Source: an uncultured bacterium (GTDB lineage: Bacteria > UBP15 > UBA6099 > JAJRTR01). Taken from it: a stretch of DNA of 64,000 nucleotides. This document shows positions 58,620-64,000 of the stretch, one piece after another; the stretch's first letter is position 1; every line of letters starts with the position of its first letter. The translations under genes were made by a program, and so were the position numbers. The DNA lies in the NCBI GenBank assembly GCA_964595945.1, contig CAZQSL010000001.1, forward strand, positions 36,930 through 100,929, given 5' to 3'. A model generated the notes under the pieces. That model was not told the DNA's origin, ran no database searches, and saw only the letters and a list, made by a program, of their open reading frames with translations.

Positions 58620-60746
58620 ATGAGCAACAAAAAGAATTTTGCAGATGAGGTCAAGCAGGTAATCGCGGCCGCAGTGCCCGCGCCCCTGACCCTCGGCGAA
58701 GGATTTCAGCCCGATGAAGACCATGCGGCAGGCGCAGTGAAACTCACTCTCGCAGGCCAGACACATGTCGCAGCTGACCACTTCCTGTTCCCCGAACTCG
58801 CGGAAGTGGCCGCCGAGATCATCGGCGAATCCATCCGCCGCCTCAACCTCGCGCTCGCCGGCGCTACAATTACAGATTCCGACAACGGCGAAACACGCTC
58901 CAAAAAAATTCTGACCTGGTTCTACACATACGATTTTCTGCTCGAACTCGCCCTCAACTATGTCGGGCTCGAAAGCCGCGAAATCCACGATCACTCGAAG
59001 ACGCAGGCTCTCGACTACATCAGCAATATGCTCGAATACATGGAAGAAGTCGAGTGCGAACAGCACGGCGAATCCTTCATCGCCGCCGCGACAGTGTTGC
59101 GCATCCTCGAAAAGATGAAGCTCGTGCAGGGCGGCGTCAGCATGGTCGCCAGAGCCGCCGGCCGCATCGAAAAGGCACTCGCCGAAGATGAAGGCGATTT
59201 CGTCACCATCGCTTTCCTCTCAGCCGCCGAAGATGAAATCCTCGACAACATCTACACCCAGATGATCACGGCTGGAGTATGCCGCTTCGGCAACGATTAT
59301 GCTCTCGGCCTTCGCTGGTTGCGCCACCTCGGATTCGAGCAGGTTTCGACCAACCCCGTCCTTGCCGCAAAAGCGTACGCCGATGATCCGTCCCTCAAAG
59401 GGGAATTCATCAGAGCCGCAAAATGTCATCCGAAATATGCTGAATGGAAAAAGAATCCCGCCAAGGCAGGCGACGAAATCACTCTCTTCGCCACCCTAAC
59501 CGCGCTCTGGGACAACCTGCATGTATACCGCCCTGTCTTCTATAATCTCGCCGAAGAATCAGGCGGCGGTGTCGTCAGCTTCCAGCTCAATCCCAACCTC
59601 GCGCACCTCGCCGACGAGAGCATCGCCGATGCTCTCGATGCGCTCGCTCAGGCCGAATCCGACCTCCGCATCTATGACGAATACCTCCTTGCAGGATTTC
59701 CCAACTACACCGACAAGGGCCGAGCCAACATGGTCATCAAAGTCGCAGCCGCTCATCCTGCAGCCATGGATATCGCCGCCGCCATCAACTCCTTCGGCCT
59801 CGGATCAAACATCACTGTCATCTACACCGTCGCTCAGGAAGCCACTATGATCATCGAAGAAATGCGCGGCATGGCGCGCGCTATTCGCCGCGGCATCGTA
59901 CCCACTCAGCTCTACATGACCAACATGGGCGGCCGCCTCGAAAGCCACCTCCGCGAAGTTTTCCTCGAAGCCGCTTTCGCAAAGCTCGCAAAAAAATCAG
60001 GCGAATCCGCCGCACTCTCCGCCGTCGAAAAACTCGCCGTCGCCAATGGTTCGGTAGCCGCAGTCAACGGAGCTTCTTCCTTCGCCGAAAAAGTCATTGC
60101 CGTCACAAGGTTCGGCGTCCAGAAAACCATCGACCACAACATCACCACCGCACTCGCCGGACTCTATACCGCTGACGAACTCACTGCCTGGGAAGACGCT
60201 ATCGGCAAATCCGGCACACTCGTCGCCCGCCGCGTGTGGAGCCTTTTCTTCAGCGACAAAAACCGCGCCCGCTGGATGGCCTTCATGTGCGAAGAATTCG
60301 AGATCGACGAAGAACAGGCCGAATTCATCCTCTCGCGCATCAACGTGCTTCCCGCTTCCAAACGCAAACCCCACGATACTTACTGGACTCTTTCTTCCAC
60401 CAACATGGTACATACCGAATTCGGCAACCATCAGGAAAACGTGCGTGTCATGGCCGACGATGAAGAATTCATCATATCCGACTATGTCGAATCCATCCGC
60501 GACGCATTCCCGCAGCAGGTTACCGATATGCTCATGCAGATTCCAGACTTCGTCACGGCTTACGAACTCAGTGAAGACCTCGCCCAACTCGCCGAAGCCC
60601 TCGGCATAAAAGACGACCTCGGCGCGCGCGGCCACACGCCCGAACAGTGGGGCGAATTCGGCTCAGTCAAAAAAACCATCACCGAATTCAAGGCCGCTTA
60701 CAGCGAATTCAGAGACTACATCGTCGCAGCATTCGCCGAGGCATGA
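58620..60746 (+). CDS. Large (708 aa) transaldolase-family protein with N- and C-terminal extensions
   Basis: The central region carries transaldolase/FSA signatures (GLRWLRHLGFEQVSTNPVL and NITVIYTVAQ...TNMGGRLE). The track ORF starts at 58215, but the ATG at 58620 has an RBS and a promoter. Confidence 0.6.
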   Translation: MSNKKNFADEVKQVIAAAVPAPLTLGEGFQPDEDHAAGAVKLTLAGQTHVAADHFLFPELAEVAAEIIGESIRRLNLALAGATITDSDNGETRSKKILTWFYTYDFLLELALNYVGLESREIHDHSKTQALDYISNMLEYMEEVECEQHGESFIAAATVLRILEKMKLVQGGVSMVARAAGRIEKALAEDEGDFVTIAFLSAAEDEILDNIYTQMITAGVCRFGNDYALGLRWLRHLGFEQVSTNPVLAAKAYADDPSLKGEFIRAAKCHPKYAEWKKNPAKAGDEITLFATLTALWDNLHVYRPVFYNLAEESGGGVVSFQLNPNLAHLADESIADALDALAQAESDLRIYDEYLLAGFPNYTDKGRANMVIKVAAAHPAAMDIAAAINSFGLGSNITVIYTVAQEATMIIEEMRGMARAIRRGIVPTQLYMTNMGGRLESHLREVFLEAAFAKLAKKSGESAALSAVEKLAVANGSVAAVNGASSFAEKVIAVTRFGVQKTIDHNITTALAGLYTADELTAWEDAIGKSGTLVARRVWSLFFSDKNRARWMAFMCEEFEIDEEQAEFILSRINVLPASKRKPHDTYWTLSSTNMVHTEFGNHQENVRVMADDEEFIISDYVESIRDAFPQQVTDMLMQIPDFVTAYELSEDLAQLAEALGIKDDLGARGHTPEQWGEFGSVKKTITEFKAAYSEFRDYIVAAFAEA

Positions 60747-60786
60747 CCGGTGTGCCGCCTCAGGCGGAAAGATCAGAATAGCAAAA

Positions 60787-60811
60787 GGCGGGGAGTGATC
60801 CCCGCCTTTTT
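60787..60811. terminator. Bidirectional terminator between the transaldolase-like gene and hydA
   Basis: ggcgggga-gtga-tccccgcc, with an A run on the 5' side and a T run on the 3' side. Confidence 0.55.
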
Positions 60812-60847
60812 ATATGGAGTAATGCGGCACTTGTGTCGCTGGGCGCG

Positions 60848-62869
60848 TCAGTCGTCGGCGACGGTGACGGCGGGAGGGAAAGCCGGAATGATTTCTTCGT
60901 CGAAGATTTCTTCGAGCCGGCCCGCGGTAGCATTGCCGATGACTTTTCCGTTGACAGAAAGGTTGGGGCTGGCCGTGCAGTTTTCGAAGCAGAAAGTGGC
61001 TTTGAGATCGACTTCGCTCAGCAGACCCTTTGATTTGAGCATTCGGCTGAGTTTCTGCATGACATCGTACGAGCCGTTCTGGAAGCAGCAGGTACCGACA
61101 CATACACGGATTTCGACGGGGCCGGCGCTTTCGCCGAGAGTGATGGTTTCCTCAATGCGGCGGCGCGAGGAGAAATGTGTGTGGAGGGCGTGGTGGGCTT
61201 CGTCGCTGTTGGGTGTGACGAGATGTTTCGAGTAGAGGGTTTTGATGTCTTCGTTGTTGTGGGACTGGCGGAATTTTTTAACCTTGTCGATAGTTGCAAG
61301 GCCTTTGGCGCGTTTTGCGCGGTTTTCGAGGGTGTCGTGAGCGACATTGCCAGCGCCGCCGATGCAGCCGCCGGGACATGCCATGACTTCGACAAGGTGG
61401 TATTTCTTTTTGTTTTCCTTGATCTCGGCGATGAGGCGTTCGGCGGCGGCCATGCCGTTGACGGTGGCGATGCGGATTTCGGTGCCGTTGATTGTGACGG
61501 CCGTTTCGCGGTGCGAGACGCCGGCGGCGGCGGTTTCCCACACGTCGCGTTCGAGTTCTTCGCCGGTGAGTGCCTTGTAGGCAGTGCGTAGCGCGGCTTC
61601 GGCTACGCCGCCGGACGCGCCGAATATTACACCCGCGCCGGTGGATTCGCCATAGGGTTTTTCCCATTCGCCGTCGGGGAGGTTGTGGAAGTCGAGACCG
61701 TAGGCGCGGATCATTTTGGCGAGTTCGTGTGTTGTGATGACGACATCCGTGTCGAGATGGCCGTTTGTGGAAAATTCTTCGCGCTGGGCTTCGAACTTTT
61801 TGGCGCTGCACGGCATGACGGATACGGAGAAGATATCTTCGGTTTTCAGTCCGTGGTCTTCGGCGTAGTATTTTTTGATGACGGATGCGAACATCTGCTG
61901 CGGTGAGCGGCAGGAAGAGAGGTTGGCGAGGAGTTCGGGATGGTTGTGTTCGGCGGTCTTGACCCAGCCGGGGCAGCATGATGTGAAGATGGGAAGGTTT
62001 TCGTCGGCTTCGAGGCGTTTGAGGAATTCGGTGGCTTCTTCCATGATAGTGAGGTCGGCGGCGAAGTTGGTGTCGAAGACGGCGTGGGCGCCCATCGCGC
62101 GGAGCGCGGAGACGATTTTGCCCTCGCAGTTGACGCCGGGTTCGAGTCCGAAAAACTCGCCGATGCCGACGCGGACTGATGGCGCGACCTGGAAGACGAC
62201 TTTTTTGTTGGGGTCGCCGAGTGCTTTGAAGACTTTCGAAAAATCGGCTTTGACCATGAGTGCGCCGGTGGGGCAGACGGTGGTGCACTGGCCGCAGAAG
62301 ATACATTCGACTTCGTGGAGTTTCATGCCGTATGCGGGAGCGACTTCGACATTGGAGCCGCGGTTGGCGAAGTCGATGATATGCAGGCCCTGATGTTCGA
62401 GGCACATGCGGACGCAGGCGCCGCAGAGGATGCACTTGTTGGGGTCGCGTATGATCGAGGGGTTGTAATTGTCGATGGGTTCCTTGTGCTCCATCTTGTT
62501 GTCGAAGCGGACGTGGTCGATGCCGAGGCGTTCGGAGTAGTCCTGTAGTTTGCATTCGCCGCTTTTATGGCAGGTGAGGCAGTCGCGGTCGTGAGCTGCG
62601 AGCATGAGTTCGAGAGCCATTTTGCGCACGCGCAGGGTGCGGTCGGTGTGGGTGCGGATTTCGAGATTGTCTTCCGGCGGGGCGGTGCAGGATGTGAGGA
62701 GCCCGCGTTTGCCGGCGTCGACGACGCACATGCGGCAGGCGCCGAATGGCGTGAGGTGGGCCTGATAGCAGAAAGTGGGAAGCTCGATTCCGGCTTTTTT
62801 TACTACTTCGAGGATATTTTTTTCGGCGCCGAATTCGACGGGTTGGCCGTTAACGATCATCTGTGGCAT
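60848..62869 (-). CDS. hydA: [FeFe]-hydrogenase catalytic subunit with NuoG-like N-terminal ferredoxin domains and C-terminal thioredoxin-like [2Fe-2S] domain
   Basis: H-cluster motifs L1 TSCCPGW, L2 MPCSAKKFE and L3 EVMACPGGCIGG. N-terminal 2Fe-2S and 2x 4Fe-4S motifs. The ATG at 62869 has an AAGGAGG RBS and overlaps the upstream stop as TAATG. Confidence 0.88.
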   Translation of the reverse strand: MPQMIVNGQPVEFGAEKNILEVVKKAGIELPTFCYQAHLTPFGACRMCVVDAGKRGLLTSCTAPPEDNLEIRTHTDRTLRVRKMALELMLAAHDRDCLTCHKSGECKLQDYSERLGIDHVRFDNKMEHKEPIDNYNPSIIRDPNKCILCGACVRMCLEHQGLHIIDFANRGSNVEVAPAYGMKLHEVECIFCGQCTTVCPTGALMVKADFSKVFKALGDPNKKVVFQVAPSVRVGIGEFFGLEPGVNCEGKIVSALRAMGAHAVFDTNFAADLTIMEEATEFLKRLEADENLPIFTSCCPGWVKTAEHNHPELLANLSSCRSPQQMFASVIKKYYAEDHGLKTEDIFSVSVMPCSAKKFEAQREEFSTNGHLDTDVVITTHELAKMIRAYGLDFHNLPDGEWEKPYGESTGAGVIFGASGGVAEAALRTAYKALTGEELERDVWETAAAGVSHRETAVTINGTEIRIATVNGMAAAERLIAEIKENKKKYHLVEVMACPGGCIGGAGNVAHDTLENRAKRAKGLATIDKVKKFRQSHNNEDIKTLYSKHLVTPNSDEAHHALHTHFSSRRRIEETITLGESAGPVEIRVCVGTCCFQNGSYDVMQKLSRMLKSKGLLSEVDLKATFCFENCTASPNLSVNGKVIGNATAGRLEEIFDEEIIPAFPPAVTVADD

Positions 62870-64000
62870 TACGCGACCTCCTTGATAGCGTGAAATGGGC
62901 AACTGCCGACGCAGGCGCCGCAACGTACGCATGTTTCAGGATCAATGACGAAAGGTTCCTTGATTTTTCCGCTGATGGCGGCGGCGGGGCAGACGCGAGA
63001 GCACTTGCCGCAGCCTTTGCATTCGAGCGGTTCGATCTTGTACGACTTGAATGCCTGACAGACCTTCGCCGGGCAGCGCCCTTCGATGACGTGGGCGTTG
63101 TATTCGTCGAGAAAGTATTTGAGAGTGGAGAGTACGGGGTTGGGGGCGGTTTTGCCGAGTCCGCACAGGGATCCGTCTTTCACGGCGACGGCGAGTTCTT
63201 CGATTGTAATGAGGTCTTCCGGAGTGCCGATGCCACCGGTAATTTTTTCGAGGATTTGCAGCATGCGTTTGGTGCCTTCGCGGCAGAGCACGCATTTTCC
63301 GCAGCTTTCGTTTTGCGTGAAGTTCATGAAGAATCGTGCGACGTCGACTATGCAGGTGTCTTCGTTCATGACGACGAGTCCGCCCGAACCTATCATTGCG
63401 CCTACGGACAGCAGGCTGTCGTAGTCGAGGGGGAGATCGAGATGTTGCTCGGTGAGACATCCGCCGGACGGTCCGCCGATCTGGACTGCCTTGAACTTTT
63501 TGCCGTTGCGGCAGCCGCCGCCGATTTCGAATATGATTTCGCGGAGTGTCGTGCCCATCGGGACTTCGATCAACCCTGTGTTGACGACTTCGCCAGTGAG
63601 AGCGAAGGTCTTGGTGCCTTTGCCCTTTTCGGTGCCCATCGAGGCGAACCAGTCAGCGCCGCGCTGGATGATGAGCGGGATGTTGGCGAGAGTTTCGACA
63701 TTGTTGATGAGGGTGGGTTTGCCGAAGAGGCCGGAATTGGCGGGGAAGGGCGGTTTGCTGCGGGGCATGCCGCGGTAGCCTTCGATAGAAGCGATGAGGG
63801 CGGTTTCTTCGCCGCAGACAAAAGCGCCAGCGCCCTCTTTAACTTTTACTTTGAAATTGAATTTGTAGCCAAGAATGTTTTCGCCGAGGAGTCCCTGTTC
63901 GGTTGCCTGGGCGATAGCGGTTTTCATGCGTGCGACGGCAAGGGGATATTCGGCGCGTACATATATGTATCCTTCGTCCGCTCCGATTGCGTAGGCCGCG
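62869..64000 (-). CDS. NuoF-like NADH-binding FMN/FeS subunit of bifurcating hydrogenase (HydB/HndC-type), 5' end beyond the window
   Basis: NuoF motifs [21 protein letters not shown]-terminal 2x[4Fe-4S] ferredoxin ([12 protein letters not shown]...[12 protein letters not shown]). The frame stays open to the window edge at 64000. Confidence 0.85.
   Translation of the reverse strand, partial: AAYAIGADEGYIYVRAEYPLAVARMKTAIAQATEQGLLGENILGYKFNFKVKVKEGAGAFVCGEETALIASIEGYRGMPRSKPPFPANSGLFGKPTLINNVETLANIPLIIQRGADWFASMGTEKGKGTKTFALTGEVVNTGLIEVPMGTTLREIIFEIGGGCRNGKKFKAVQIGGPSGGCLTEQHLDLPLDYDSLLSVGAMIGSGGLVVMNEDTCIVDVARFFMNFTQNESCGKCVLCREGTKRMLQILEKITGGIGTPEDLITIEELAVAVKDGSLCGLGKTAPNPVLSTLKYFLDEYNAHVIEGRCPAKVCQAFKSYKIEPLECKGCGKCSRVCPAAAISGKIKEPFVIDPETCVRCGACVGSCPFHAIKEVA

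Overview
This is a 64-kb chromosomal window of about 60% GC from a bacterium I cannot place taxonomically. Almost all of it is coding, with strong third-position GC bias, so GC-rich antisense ORFs in the six-frame track are frequent artefacts.

(1) Bases 1-19,351 hold a division and cell-wall (dcw) cluster on the + strand: the ftsI (PBP) C-terminus, murE, murF, mraY, murD, ftsW, murG, ftsQ/divIB, a DUF881 protein, a small sbp-like membrane protein, ftsA, ftsZ, a radical-SAM protein, yggS/ylmE, sepF, proC and ftsK. murC, murB and ddl are absent. The DUF881/sbp/ylmE/sepF members are Firmicute-type.

(2) Bases 20,362-27,176 hold an outer-membrane biogenesis cluster: a short BamA/Omp85, an unknown exported protein, Skp/OmpH, a second translationally coupled periplasmic protein, lpxD and a DMT/EamA permease. 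The organism is therefore diderm.

(3) glyQ is on the minus strand without an adjacent glyS. It is followed by an amino-sugar modification cluster: a CgeB-like glycosyltransferase, an SDR epimerase/dehydratase, a DegT aminotransferase and a Gfo/Idh/MocA oxidoreductase.

(4) Next comes an AT-rich islet with a small zinc-ribbon membrane protein, then a DapA-family lyase, an Old-Yellow-Enzyme-like flavoprotein, hemolysin-III and a ChbG/YdjC deacetylase.

(5) A carbohydrate/surface block follows: a dockerin protein; a large PKD+FN3+FGE-sulfatase-domain lipoprotein; gdhA; a protein with a degenerate KaiC-like domain fused to a PEP/pyruvate-binding (PPDK_N) domain; a GT-C-like membrane protein; a GH38 alpha-mannosidase; a GPH symporter; a CE4 deacetylase; and a DUF47 protein.

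(6) The window ends with ogt, uvrC, an unusually large transaldolase-like protein, and the 3' part of an electron-bifurcating-type [FeFe] hydrogenase operon (hydA plus a NuoF-like subunit that is truncated at the window edge).

The least conventional content is non-coding. A composite dispersed repeat has copies at about 19.55, 27.47, 40.25 and 48.26 kb. A family of GGAG...CTCC palindromic hairpins shows compensatory stem changes and sits mostly at convergent gene junctions. A 1-kb ORF-free, hairpin-dense AT-rich region lies at 39.45-40.48 kb. An orphan consensus promoter at 47.78 kb drives a 42-codon ORF and about 200 nt of untranslated RNA.

I identified no rRNA, tRNA, CRISPR array or obvious transposase.
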